Shown piece after piece: positions 1 through 9,940 of a stretch of DNA of 64,000 nucleotides (within the stretch, counting starts at the first letter, position 1; each line of letters opens with the position of its first letter). Below the pieces are notes generated by a model. It did not search any database, had not been told where the DNA came from, and worked only from the letters and a program-made list of their open reading frames with translations. Both the position numbers and the translations under genes were made by a program. The stretch spans positions 64,001 through 128,000 of the forward strand of contig JBFPLN010000006.1 in assembly GCA_051971635.1 (NCBI GenBank), written 5' to 3'. Source of the stretch: Candidatus Atelocyanobacterium thalassae. GTDB taxonomy: Bacteria; Cyanobacteriota; Cyanobacteriia; Cyanobacteriales; Microcystaceae.

Positions 1-867
1 ACAGAAATATCCTGGGATTCTCCATGGGGAAAAGGTAGACCTGGATGGCATATAGAATGTTCTGCCATGATTAAAAAAGAGTTAGGAGAAACTATTGATC
101 TTCATGTAGGGGGTAGTGATTTAGTTTTCCCTCATCATGAAAATGAAATTGCCCAATCGGAAGCAGCTACAGGGAAAGAATTATCTCGTTATTGGCTGCA
201 CAATGGAATGGTAAAGGTAGATGGAGAAAAGATGTCAAAATCTTTAGGTAACTTTACCACAATAAGAGAATTACTTAATAAATTTGAACCTATGGTAATA
301 AGGCTATTTATTTTGCAAACACATTACCGTAAACCTTTAGATTTTAGTGATAAGTCGTTAGTCTCCGCAACCAATAGCTGGCAAACTTTGGCAGATGGAC
401 TTTCATTTGGATATCAATATGGCGAAAAATTAGGTTTTAAAAAGAACTCTTTTCCAGATGTATTACCTGATTTGGCTCAGAGATTTCAAAAAGCAATAGA
501 TGATGATTTTAATTTTGCTGGTGGATTAGTAATCTTATTTGAAATTGCTAAAAATTTACGTAAAGAAAGTAATCTATTGACTCACACAGGCAATACTACA
601 TCATCTTCTAAGTTTTTAGAAGAACAATGGTATACTCTAAAGAAATTAGCAGAAGTTTTAGGATTAGAAGTTGATCAAAACATTGTAAACACGAGCTTAT
701 CCAAAAAACTAACTGATGAAGAAATTAATGAATTAATTGAGAAACGTAAAATAGCTAAGAATGCTAAACAATATGTAGAAAGCGATCTAATTAGAGATAA
801 ATTAAAGCAGCATAATATTACTTTATTAGATATGTCAGATGGATCAACTACATGGCATTATAACTAA
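1..867 (+). CDS. cysS: Cysteine--tRNA ligase, 5' end outside the window
   Basis: Frame is open from base 1 (TEISWDSPWGKGRPGWHIECSAM), then DLHVGGSDLVFPHHENE, KMSKSLGN and the C-terminal anticodon-binding domain. The ORF-track start at 67 is an internal Met. Confidence 0.97.
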   Translation, partial: TEISWDSPWGKGRPGWHIECSAMIKKELGETIDLHVGGSDLVFPHHENEIAQSEAATGKELSRYWLHNGMVKVDGEKMSKSLGNFTTIRELLNKFEPMVIRLFILQTHYRKPLDFSDKSLVSATNSWQTLADGLSFGYQYGEKLGFKKNSFPDVLPDLAQRFQKAIDDDFNFAGGLVILFEIAKNLRKESNLLTHTGNTTSSSKFLEEQWYTLKKLAEVLGLEVDQNIVNTSLSKKLTDEEINELIEKRKIAKNAKQYVESDLIRDKLKQHNITLLDMSDGSTTWHYN

Positions 868-902
868 TGTTTAAATATTAATTTACCAGAACTAAATATA
901 TG

Positions 903-2195
903 CTATTCATTTAGTAAAGCTTCCACAAATTCATAGCTAGAAAAAGGTTTCAAATCTCGAATATCTTCTCCTACTCCAATGAAACGGATTGGTAAACCAA
1001 ATTGCTGTGCTATAGCTAGTGCGATTCCACCTTTCGAACTTCCATCAAGTTTTGTTAAAATAACCCCGCTTAAATTAGCAGCCTTTGAGAAGAGTTCTGT
1101 TTGACGTAATCCATTTTGGCCTAAAGTTGCATCAATAACTAATAAGGATTCAATATGAGCATTTTTAGCTTTTTTGTCAATAACGCGTCTAATTTTGGCC
1201 AACTCTTCCATTAAATTAGTCTTGTTTTGTAACCTGCCTGCAGTATCGACTAATAGTAATTTAATATTACGAGCCTCTGCTGCTACCAATCCATCGTAAA
1301 CGACAGCTGCTGGATCAGTATTTTTACCTGGATTAGCAATAACAGGAGTATTAGTTTTTTCTCCCCACAACTTCACCTGCTCAACAGCAGCAGCCCTAAA
1401 AGTGTCAGCTGCTGCGATAATACAACTATGCCCTAACTGTTGAGCTAAGTATGCAAGTTTTCCAACTGTTGTTGTTTTACCTGCACCATTAACTCCTGTC
1501 AATAACCAAATATTTAAAACGTCTTCTTTAATTAAAAGCTCTGGGTTGTCTACTTTCTGTAAAGGAGAATTTAAGATGTCATATAAGATGTTTTTTAGGT
1601 ATTCAATTGCCTTTTCTGGAGGTAAAGATTCTTCCAATAATTTACTTTGTAGTTTTGTAATAATATAATCTGTCGCATCAATTCCTATATCTGCCTGTAA
1701 CAATATAGCTTCTATTTCCGTAATAGTATCTTCATTTAAAGGACCCTGACCTAAAACAAGCTTTAATTGATTTAGTAATCCACGACGAGTTTTACCTAAA
1801 CCTTTATGAAGACGTGTCAGCCATTGAATCTCATCTTTTGTTATATCTTCTGGATTCCTTCCCTGATTCGCCAAAACTTTAGCAGACCAAACAAATTCTT
1901 TGTCAAAATTTATAGAGGTTTTATCATTGTCAGTTTTTAATTCGGTAGCATTTTCTTTAAGAATCTCCAAACGATTGGATTTCTTCATCCATGTAGGAAT
2001 ATTCTCTTTTTGTGATTTATCTGAATTATTAGAAGAGTCAATAATTTCTATGTTATTTACTTGTGAAGTATCTGATTGATCTATTATCTTTTTCTCTTGG
2101 ATATTTTTATAAGCTTTTTGTGCCCAAGATATGTAATATTCTTGAGATATATCTTTATCTTCAGAATGAGGTTGATTATTAGGCCAATTAGACAT
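903..2195 (-). CDS. ftsY: Signal recognition particle receptor FtsY
   Basis: GVNGAGKTTTVGKLA, DTFRAAA, DTAGRLQ and TKLDGSSKGG motifs; N-terminal extension. Confidence 0.96.
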   Translation of the reverse strand: MSNWPNNQPHSEDKDISQEYYISWAQKAYKNIQEKKIIDQSDTSQVNNIEIIDSSNNSDKSQKENIPTWMKKSNRLEILKENATELKTDNDKTSINFDKEFVWSAKVLANQGRNPEDITKDEIQWLTRLHKGLGKTRRGLLNQLKLVLGQGPLNEDTITEIEAILLQADIGIDATDYIITKLQSKLLEESLPPEKAIEYLKNILYDILNSPLQKVDNPELLIKEDVLNIWLLTGVNGAGKTTTVGKLAYLAQQLGHSCIIAAADTFRAAAVEQVKLWGEKTNTPVIANPGKNTDPAAVVYDGLVAAEARNIKLLLVDTAGRLQNKTNLMEELAKIRRVIDKKAKNAHIESLLVIDATLGQNGLRQTELFSKAANLSGVILTKLDGSSKGGIALAIAQQFGLPIRFIGVGEDIRDLKPFSSYEFVEALLNE

Positions 2196-2441
2196 AGTGT
2201 AAAGATTATATCGGTATTAGTATAGTAACTTATTAAGTATATTTAATTATAGTTATTAAGGAAATTAAACAACAATATGATGATTATTATATTTAATTTA
2301 TTTATAAAAAGAACTAATTTGTAAAGTTATTTCTTCTAGATTTTGTAAACTTGAGATCAAAAAATAATAGTCAAGTTATACATATATATATAAATAGTTT
2401 AGTTTTTAAAATTATACAGAGTAGTTATATTAAAAAATAAA

Positions 2442-2450
2442 TGGTATTAT
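2442..2450 (+). promoter_or_regulatory. Putative extended -10 promoter (TGG-TATTAT) of rpsO
   Basis: TGn-TAnnnT match about 30 nt upstream of the rpsO start. Confidence 0.4.
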
Positions 2451-2482
2451 AAGAAGCTGCAGTATTTATCAAACAATTTTTT

Positions 2483-2752
2483 ATGAGTTTGACCCCTATC
2501 CAAAAGCAAACCTTGATGAGTGCATATCAGATTCATGACACCGATACAGGATCGGCTGATTTGCAAGTTGCCATACTTACAGAACGAATTGTCCAATTAA
2601 CTGGTCATTTAAAGAAAAATCCAAAAGATCATGCATCACGTAGAGGATTACTAAAAATGATTGGTCGTCGTAGACGTTTGTTAGCATATATTAAAGACAA
2701 ATCCTTAAACCGTTATCAAGATTTAATTAAACGTCTTGGTATTCGACGTTAA
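2483..2752 (+). CDS. rpsO: 30S ribosomal protein S15
   Basis: 89 aa; [16 protein letters not shown] and [22 protein letters not shown]. Confidence 0.98.
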   Translation: MSLTPIQKQTLMSAYQIHDTDTGSADLQVAILTERIVQLTGHLKKNPKDHASRRGLLKMIGRRRRLLAYIKDKSLNRYQDLIKRLGIRR

Positions 2753-2822
2753 TGTATATTCTGCTATTGTTAAAATTTGACTATAAACTAAATAATAGTA
2801 AAAATAAAAGAATTACTTAGAC

Positions 2823-2858
2823 TAAGCTACAAAGGTTAAAAATTATCTTTGTAGCTTA
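2823..2858. terminator. Hairpin between convergent rpsO and chlG
   Basis: 12-bp perfect arms TAAGCTACAAAG / CTTTGTAGCTTA. Confidence 0.65.
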
Positions 2859-2981
2859 AATTCAAAAAGTAGATTTTTAAAATCTTCTATACTCCTAATC
2901 ATTGAATGATTAGTCTTGCTTTAGTTTGACTTTATATCAATAAAATATATAAGTCTATTAAAAAACACATTTAATCTATAG

Positions 2982-3962
2982 TTATATAACTTGTCTACCT
3001 AGTGCTAAACCAACTACTAGCATTCCCAAAACTAGAAACGGTTGAGCAATAGCTTGGTATTTCACATCATTTTTTAATGGATCTCGTAAAAAATACATAT
3101 CTTGTAATGTTATTTGTGGAATAACTAATAAAAACAGAATTGTTGCGTATAAATTTTCATGGATGTAAATTAAATAGAGACCAATTCCTATTTGAAATAT
3201 ATCAATCATCATGACACAAATCCATGATGCAATCGTCACTCCAAACATAACAGGCATAGAATTTAATCCTAATTTAGAGTCTCCTTCGATGCTTTTGAAA
3301 TCATTAATAATAGCAATGCCTAGACCTGAAAAACTATAAAACAAGGTTAAAATAACAATTGTATAGTTTAATTCTCCAAATAAAGCATGACCTGCCCACC
3401 AAGGTAAAGCTATATAACTAGCTCCAAGCGCATAATTACCTAACCAACCATTCTTTTTTAACTTTAACGGAGGAGCTGAGTATATATAAGATATAAATGC
3501 TCCTCCTAATGTTAAACATAACATTGTTGGAAAACTATGATGACTCCAAATATCTAGCCCATAACTCAATAGTATTCCTAAAGTTAGTAGAATTAAAATT
3601 TGTGCTACTACTTGAGATACTGAAATTGCTCCCGAAGGAATAGGACGATAAGGTTCATTAATAGCATCAATTTCACGGTCATAAAAATCGTTGAGAGTTT
3701 GCGTGTAGCCTGTCATTAAAGGTCCTGATAATATCATACAAGCTATAACTTTTACAAAATCTTCTATTGTCCAAAAGTAGCCTCCTGAAGACGCAGCTCC
3801 ACATATTACTCCCCAGATCAAAGGCACCCAAGTAATAGGTTTTGTTAATTGTAATCTCAACTTCCAAATTGATTTTTTTTCATTAATTCCCCCTTTCATT
3901 CCTAACAATTGACGAGTTTGATTATTTGTTTTGTTAGTATCAAGATTTGTAGAAGCAGACAT
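2982..3962 (-). CDS. chlG: Chlorophyll synthase
   Basis: RQLLGMKG, NDFYDREIDAINEPYRPIPSG, NDFKSIEGD and NDVKYQA (UbiA family, ChlG type). Confidence 0.96.
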   Translation of the reverse strand: MSASTNLDTNKTNNQTRQLLGMKGGINEKKSIWKLRLQLTKPITWVPLIWGVICGAASSGGYFWTIEDFVKVIACMILSGPLMTGYTQTLNDFYDREIDAINEPYRPIPSGAISVSQVVAQILILLTLGILLSYGLDIWSHHSFPTMLCLTLGGAFISYIYSAPPLKLKKNGWLGNYALGASYIALPWWAGHALFGELNYTIVILTLFYSFSGLGIAIINDFKSIEGDSKLGLNSMPVMFGVTIASWICVMMIDIFQIGIGLYLIYIHENLYATILFLLVIPQITLQDMYFLRDPLKNDVKYQAIAQPFLVLGMLVVGLALGRQVI

Positions 3963-4163
3963 AAGCTAAATTTAATAAATGTAGTTTACAAGATTAAAAT
4001 ATCTATTATGTAAATTCATAATTAGAAATCTTTTGGTGATAATTACTCACAATACATATGAGTAGACAAACTTTTTTCAAGATAATAGTAATGTGAAGGT
4101 TGTCAATATAAAATGATTTTTTATTGATACATTATTTTAGATACTCAAGACTACAGCAGTACC

Positions 4164-5408
4164 TCATTTCTTTTTAGGATCATATTGTATAGTTTTTGAA
4201 ATTGCAGATAATTGTAAATAACTCGGATATTCACCATTCTCTTTAATGTACTTGATCTCATCATCAGAAATCGGTAAATTATTATGAGAAGCAATTTTTT
4301 TAACGACATCCCCTCGGTCAATTATTCCTACAACAGAACCAGCTGGAGAAAGAACGGTAATATAATATTCTTCACTTTCTTCCAACTTGTCAATAACTTC
4401 GATCAGTAGAGATTTTTCTTCTACTGAAGATATAGCATTCAAAGGACGTACTATATCTCTTAATAAATAATCTGAATTATTATTATGCTCAAATTTTTTT
4501 AAATCTTTATTCAAAAGCAATCCTCGATAACGCCCTTCCGAAGCAGCAAAATATGCTATTCCATGGGGTTTTTGATCATGGTATTTATTAATAAATTCAG
4601 ACAAAGCTAGATTAGCGTTTACAACACGAAAATTGTTAGTCATAACATCTGAAGCCGTGATTTCGAAGAAACTCTTCTGCAACTGAGAGATACGACCATA
4701 ATTATTTGCATTGCGTAAAATAAACCATCCAACAATTACTATCCAGAAACCACCCAGAGATCCTGTTAATAAAATTATAAACGAACCTAGCATTATACCT
4801 AGCCATCCTATTACCCTGCCACATATAGACGCAAAACGAACTCCAATAAAGTAATCATCTTTTAGTTTCCATACAATGGCTTTAACAATTTGTCCTCCAT
4901 CTAAGGGTAATCCTGGAATTAAGTTAAAAATCCCTAATACAAAATTCATCCTTGCTATATTTTCTAGTACGTAAAATGACAAAGGATACAACAGACTAGC
5001 TTCCTGGCTTGAAAAAATAATATGTTTAAGAGTAAATAAAAGAATTGATAAACTTAGGCTAACTAAAGGGCCAGCAATAGCTATCAAAAACGCCTCAGTA
5101 GGTTTTTCTGATTCTTTTTCTATAATTGCAACTCCACCAAATAAAAATAATGTAATAGATTTAACATTAATTCCTTGAGAATAAGCAACTAAGCTATGAC
5201 CTAGTTCATGAGATAAAACTGAAATAAATAAAAATAAGGAAAGAAATAATCCTGCTAACCATTCCAGCCACCATGAATTACCAGCCAGTCCCCGAATATT
5301 AATCTCTTGTACATTAGATAAAGTAATTAATCCTAGAATTAAAAACCAAGAAGAATTGATATAAAAAGGAATGCCTAATAAGGAGCCGATTTTCCATTTT
5401 CCATCCAT
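4164..5408 (-). CDS. Site-2 protease (M50) family membrane metalloprotease with C-terminal CBS pair
   Basis: HELGH, GGVA and NLIPGLPLDGG motifs; TM helices; C-terminal ASDVMT...VVGIIDRGD CBS-like region. Confidence 0.9.
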   Translation of the reverse strand: MDGKWKIGSLLGIPFYINSSWFLILGLITLSNVQEINIRGLAGNSWWLEWLAGLFLSLFLFISVLSHELGHSLVAYSQGINVKSITLFLFGGVAIIEKESEKPTEAFLIAIAGPLVSLSLSILLFTLKHIIFSSQEASLLYPLSFYVLENIARMNFVLGIFNLIPGLPLDGGQIVKAIVWKLKDDYFIGVRFASICGRVIGWLGIMLGSFIILLTGSLGGFWIVIVGWFILRNANNYGRISQLQKSFFEITASDVMTNNFRVVNANLALSEFINKYHDQKPHGIAYFAASEGRYRGLLLNKDLKKFEHNNNSDYLLRDIVRPLNAISSVEEKSLLIEVIDKLEESEEYYITVLSPAGSVVGIIDRGDVVKKIASHNNLPISDDEIKYIKENGEYPSYLQLSAISKTIQYDPKKK

Positions 5409-5750
5409 GATTTAGAAGGTGTAAGAATTGATTTTTTATTGATATCTAAGTAGATAGTTTTACTATACCGAATGTTGAAACAGAGTTCATTATTTAGTCT
5501 TTGAATAAAATATTTAAAATATTTGTTAACACTTGCAAATTTCGACTTAGATTCTATTATTATAAAAGTTATATACAAAAAATGTAGTAACTATTAATTT
5601 AAATATAACCAAATAACTAACATAAACTAGTTCTAAAATTGTTGAAAGGCAAGTATCAATATTTTTATTCCGTTTCATCTTAAATAACAAGGAATCAGAA
5701 TCCTTCAACTGAAAAACTTGTTGTGTATAATTTTCTTAAGTAAGATAAAG

Positions 5751-5817
5751 AAAAAAGTTGATTTATCAACTTTTTTGTACACTAAAAATTAAATTAATAT
5801 TTTGATAAATATCAAAA
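5751..5817. promoter_or_regulatory. Two palindromic candidate operators upstream of the isiA-like gene
   Basis: AAAAAAGTTGAT-TT-ATCAACTTTTTT (5751-5776) and TTTTGATA-AA-TATCAAAA (5800-5817). Confidence 0.45.
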
Positions 5818-5930
5818 CATTAATTAATGTAACCATGTGGTGATGCAAATTAAGCTTAATATAGTTTATTTATTATTAATATATTTATCAAATATATTAT
5901 CTTGATACATTATTCCAAAAGAGGTTAAAG

Positions 5931-6968
5931 ATGACAGGAATGCAAACGTATGGTAATCCAGACGTCAAATATGGTTGGTGGGCTGGAAATGCGCGCTTAG
6001 CTAATTTATCTGGTAAATGGCTTGCCGCACATATAGCCCATGCAGCGTTAATTGTATTTTGGGCAGGAGCATTTTGTCTATTCGAAGTGACGCATTATTC
6101 TGCTGATATTCCTATGGGAGAACAAAACTTGATCTTGATTCCTCATTTAGCTAGTTTAGGGATAGGTGTAGGTAAAGGTGGTCAAGTACTTAATACTTAT
6201 CCATATTTCATTATTGGCGTTGTACATTTAATTTCTTCAGCTGTTTTAGCTGCAGGAGGTCTTTTTCATTCACTAAAAGGACCAGCAGTCTTAAAAGATA
6301 GCTCTTATCGTGCTTCAAAATTTCATTTTGAATGGGATGATCCAGTTAAATTAGGATTTATTCTTGGTCATCATCTAATTATATTAGGTCTAGGCGCTTT
6401 TTTGCTCGTGTTCTGGTCTTACTCACATGGAATTTATGATCCAATAATTGGAGATGTAAGAACTGTTACTTCTCCCACACTTAATCCAATAACTATTTTT
6501 GGTTATCAAACTCATTTTATTGATACTAACTCTTTAGAAGATCTAGTTGGTGGACATATTTATATAGCTACCGCGCTCATTCTTGGTGGAGTATGGCATA
6601 TATTTACTGCTCCTTCAAAATGGTCTCAAAGTTTATTTATATTTTCTGGAGAAGCTTTGCTGTCCTACTCTTTAGGAGGCTTAGCTGTTTGTGGATTTAC
6701 AGCAGTAGCTTATTGCTATCATAATACATTAGCTTACCCTGTAGAATTTTATGGACCACCTTTAGATTTAAAATTTAGCATTGCTCCTTATTTTGTAGAT
6801 AGTGTGACGCTTCCAAATGGTTTACATAGCGCTCGTGCATGGCTGACTAATGCACATTTCTTTCTAGCCTTTTTTATTTTACAAGGTCATTTATGGCATG
6901 CTCTGAGAGCTATTGGGTTTAACTTTAAGCGTGTTCCCGAAGCCTCCAGGGCATTAGGTATTGATTAG
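5931..6968 (+). CDS. isiA: IsiA/Pcb-family (CP43-like) chlorophyll-binding antenna protein
   Basis: MQTYGN...[39 protein letters not shown] and GHLWHALRA. At 345 aa it lacks the large lumenal loop of CP43 (PsbC). GAGG RBS upstream. Exact paralog (isiA vs pcb-like) is uncertain. Confidence 0.85.
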   Translation: MTGMQTYGNPDVKYGWWAGNARLANLSGKWLAAHIAHAALIVFWAGAFCLFEVTHYSADIPMGEQNLILIPHLASLGIGVGKGGQVLNTYPYFIIGVVHLISSAVLAAGGLFHSLKGPAVLKDSSYRASKFHFEWDDPVKLGFILGHHLIILGLGAFLLVFWSYSHGIYDPIIGDVRTVTSPTLNPITIFGYQTHFIDTNSLEDLVGGHIYIATALILGGVWHIFTAPSKWSQSLFIFSGEALLSYSLGGLAVCGFTAVAYCYHNTLAYPVEFYGPPLDLKFSIAPYFVDSVTLPNGLHSARAWLTNAHFFLAFFILQGHLWHALRAIGFNFKRVPEASRALGID

Positions 6969-7001
6969 ATAGACATCAAATTTAGAAATTTATTAGAGTA
7001 T

Positions 7002-7053
7002 AGACTTGGGTTACATATAGTTAACTAAAATATATTATATGTAATTCAAGTCT
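7002..7053 (+). terminator. 3' stem-loop of the isiA-like gene
   Basis: 18-nt arms AGACTTGGGTTACATATA / TATATGTAATTCAAGTCT; the two mismatches are G-U pairs only on the + strand RNA. Confidence 0.7.
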
Positions 7054-7370
7054 GATAAAAATGAGACTTCTATAAGACTAAGTAATTCTAGCTGAAAGCT
7101 AGATAGCATAGTTTGATACAAGATAAGATTTTCTTTGTTAATTCTGTAAAAAATTTTAGCAATATAATTCTCTATTTTATAAATAACCTGTTAAATTTAT
7201 AGAAACACAATTTCATATTAGCTAGTTTATTGAAATTACTTAAAAAGTACTCTTGTATAAGTGGTAAAAACTCTCTAGAAAAGTCCTTGGTACTAGATTT
7301 CTTTTTTATTAAATATTTTTGATGATAATTTCACAAACAGTCAATAACAAAATTCTTGTAGATAAAAAGT

Positions 7371-8162
7371 ATGAATTATTCAGTATTTACATCTCTTGTC
7401 CTTAGAATTATTGGTATAGTTTTTATACTTACATCTCTATTCCATTATATTTTCTTAATTGTTCCTCTAGGTTCAGATATACAATGGCAAAACACTTTAA
7501 TAAATTCAATTGTTGACCGAGGAACCTTACCATTAGCTGGTATAGGATTTATATTAGTCAGTTATTTTATTGACAATCTAGTTGATAAGTCAGTTAAGAA
7601 ACGATCACTATTTAACTTAGAGATACCAGTTTACATCCTAGCCAGTGTTTTAGGACTTATCTTTTTATTAATAATTCCTGTACATCTAAATAACCAAAAC
7701 ACCATTAAAGTAGCAGCCTTAAAAAGAATTGAGCAAGGAGCTGTTCAAGGAGCCGAGCAAATCGAGCAATTCCTTATTCAAGTTGATACCTTATCAAAAA
7801 ATCCTAATAGGCTTAACGATCAGATAATAAGTCTTAATAATATATTAGAAGCTAGGCAAATTGAGGGAAAGCCTTTAGAGACAGAGCAGTTAGAGACTAT
7901 ACGACAACAATATCAGCAATTAAAAGGCTTAAGGGAATTAGCAAAAAATCCTGAAGAATATGAACAACGGACTAGTGAACTCAAAAAACAATTAGAAAGT
8001 CAATTAGAGCAAAATAGAGAAAAGGCTGAGAAACAGGCTACTAAACAGTCTGTTAAGCAAGACTTTAATATTGGTTTTAAAAGCTTAATATTAGCTATTG
8101 CTTATAACTTAATTGGTTGGATAGGCTTAAAGTCTACTATAAATAACTTTAAAAAAACGTAA
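7371..8162 (+). CDS. HpsJ-family membrane protein (cyanobacterial)
   Basis: QWQ...IVDRGTLPLAGIGFIL motif; three N-terminal TM helices, coiled coil, C-terminal TM. Confidence 0.65.
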   Translation: MNYSVFTSLVLRIIGIVFILTSLFHYIFLIVPLGSDIQWQNTLINSIVDRGTLPLAGIGFILVSYFIDNLVDKSVKKRSLFNLEIPVYILASVLGLIFLLIIPVHLNNQNTIKVAALKRIEQGAVQGAEQIEQFLIQVDTLSKNPNRLNDQIISLNNILEARQIEGKPLETEQLETIRQQYQQLKGLRELAKNPEEYEQRTSELKKQLESQLEQNREKAEKQATKQSVKQDFNIGFKSLILAIAYNLIGWIGLKSTINNFKKT

Positions 8163-8192
8163 GCTTAAAATTTTCAAGTATTAAGTATAAAT

Positions 8193-8225
8193 AAAAAGTG
8201 AAAAGTAATGAACTTTTCACTTTTT
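8193..8225. terminator. Bidirectional intrinsic terminator between hpsJ-like gene and fabI
   Basis: 14-bp perfect arms AAAAAGTGAAAAGT / ACTTTTCACTTTTT, 5-nt loop. Confidence 0.75.
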
Positions 8226-8231
8226 GCCTTT

Positions 8232-9008
8232 TTACATTCCCATAATTGTATATCCAGCATCTACATAGACTATTTGCCCTGTAATGCCACTAGCTAGATT
8301 ACTACATAGAAAAGCAGCTGTATTACCTATCTCTAGCTGGGTTACTGTCCTTTTTAGAGGTGCAACTTTTTCTACATGATTGATCATGTCTAAGATGCCT
8401 CCTACTGCTGAAGATGCTAGTGTTCTGATTGGACCAGCTGAAATAGCATTAATTCGAATGTTCTGTGGGCCTAATTCATTTGCTAAATAACGAACACTCA
8501 TCTCTAGGCCAGCTTTAGCAATTCCCATTAAATTGTAATTAGGTATTACCTTAACTCCTCCTATGTAAGTTAAAGTCAATACACTACCTCCTTCATTCAT
8601 AATGGGCTTAGCATATTTGACCATATTACCTAACGAAAAGGTACTAATATCGAGGGATCGACTGAAAACATCACGAGACATATCACTATAATCTCCTCCT
8701 AAACCTTCTTTATCTGCAAATGCTAGGCAATGAATTAATATATCTAAATTTCCCCAACTATTTGCAATACAATCAAACGTTTTTTGAATTTGTAACTCAT
8801 CTTGAACATCACAAGGTAATATAAGGGAGGGACAAATAGGTTTAACTACATCACGAACTTTTTTCTCAAAGCGTCCTTTTTCATCAGGCAAATATGTAAC
8901 ACCAATATTAGCTCCAGCTTTGTGGAGTTGTTGAGCAATTCCCCAAGCAATAGAGCGATTATTTGCAATTCCTGAAATCAGAGCGTTTTTTCCAGATAGA
9001 TCTAACAT
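8232..9008 (-). CDS. fabI: Enoyl-ACP reductase FabI
   Basis: GIANNRSIAWGIA, YNLMGIAKAGLE and NAISAGPIRTLA. Confidence 0.96.
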   Translation of the reverse strand: MLDLSGKNALISGIANNRSIAWGIAQQLHKAGANIGVTYLPDEKGRFEKKVRDVVKPICPSLILPCDVQDELQIQKTFDCIANSWGNLDILIHCLAFADKEGLGGDYSDMSRDVFSRSLDISTFSLGNMVKYAKPIMNEGGSVLTLTYIGGVKVIPNYNLMGIAKAGLEMSVRYLANELGPQNIRINAISAGPIRTLASSAVGGILDMINHVEKVAPLKRTVTQLEIGNTAAFLCSNLASGITGQIVYVDAGYTIMGM

Positions 9009-9235
9009 AATTATCTAAATAATTAAACAAAGTTTTTCTTTAATATGCCACCATTTTTGAACAATGGTGGCTATAATCATTCACAGGGTAAGAGATGTGT
9101 TTATCCTGATAAAAACATTGTGAAGCAAAATGTAGCAAAAATCTCTGAAGATGCTTTAAATTAACATTTTTGTTCAGGATCAATATAATCTTAGATGTTT
9201 TAACACCCTTTGTCTTTTTAATGTTCTATTAAAGT

Positions 9236-9916
9236 GTGATTGAATTGTCTGTGCTACAAAATAAACCACTAACGGCTATTTTGCGTCATATTAATGGCGA
9301 GGCTTATTCTTCGAATATTGAGTTATTTGAACGAGGAAAAACTATTTTTTTCCCTGGTGATCCAGCAGACAAAATATATTTCTTACTTAAAGGGGCTGTT
9401 AAACTATCTCTTGTGTATGAAGCGGGAGACGAAATTACTGTAGCCTTATTGCGAGAAAATAGTGTTTTTGGGGTACTTTCTTTAATTGCAGGACAGAAGT
9501 CAGATCGTTTCTATCATGCTGTTGCTTTTTCTTCTGTAGAGCTATTATCTGCTCCAACCAATAAAGTAGAAGAGGCTTTAAGAACCAATTCTGATTTATC
9601 TATCTTAATGCTTAAAGGTTTATCATCTCGAATTCTACAAGCAGAAATGATGATTGAAACTCTTGCTCATCGCGATATGGGTTCACGCTTAGTCAGTTTC
9701 TTATTGATTTTATGTCGAGATTTTGGGATTCCTGTGTCTGAAGGTATTCATATCGATTTAAAACTATCTCATCAAGCAATTGCCGAAGCTATCGGCTCAA
9801 CTCGTGTAACCATAACCCGCCTTTTAGGAGATTTACGTCAACAGGGAATAATCTCTATTTATAAGAAAAAAATTACAGTCCATAATCCTGTTAATCTTAG
9901 TCAACAATTTTCTTAA
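9236..9916 (+). CDS. ntcA: Global nitrogen regulator NtcA (CRP family), GTG start
   Basis: [51 protein letters not shown] and [19 protein letters not shown]; fabI/ntcA/DUF3084 context. Confidence 0.96.
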   Translation: MIELSVLQNKPLTAILRHINGEAYSSNIELFERGKTIFFPGDPADKIYFLLKGAVKLSLVYEAGDEITVALLRENSVFGVLSLIAGQKSDRFYHAVAFSSVELLSAPTNKVEEALRTNSDLSILMLKGLSSRILQAEMMIETLAHRDMGSRLVSFLLILCRDFGIPVSEGIHIDLKLSHQAIAEAIGSTRVTITRLLGDLRQQGIISIYKKKITVHNPVNLSQQFS

Positions 9917-9940
9917 TATTGGTATTAATCTTAAAAGCGA

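Noticed and set aside
5931..6968. psbC (PSII CP43)
   Set aside because: Too short, lacks the large lumenal loop, has an IsiA/Pcb-type N-terminus and no overlapping psbD
9131..9146. TGTAGCAAAAATCTCT as an autoregulatory NtcA box
   Set aside because: Only the GTA half-site matches, and there is no -10 at the expected spacing
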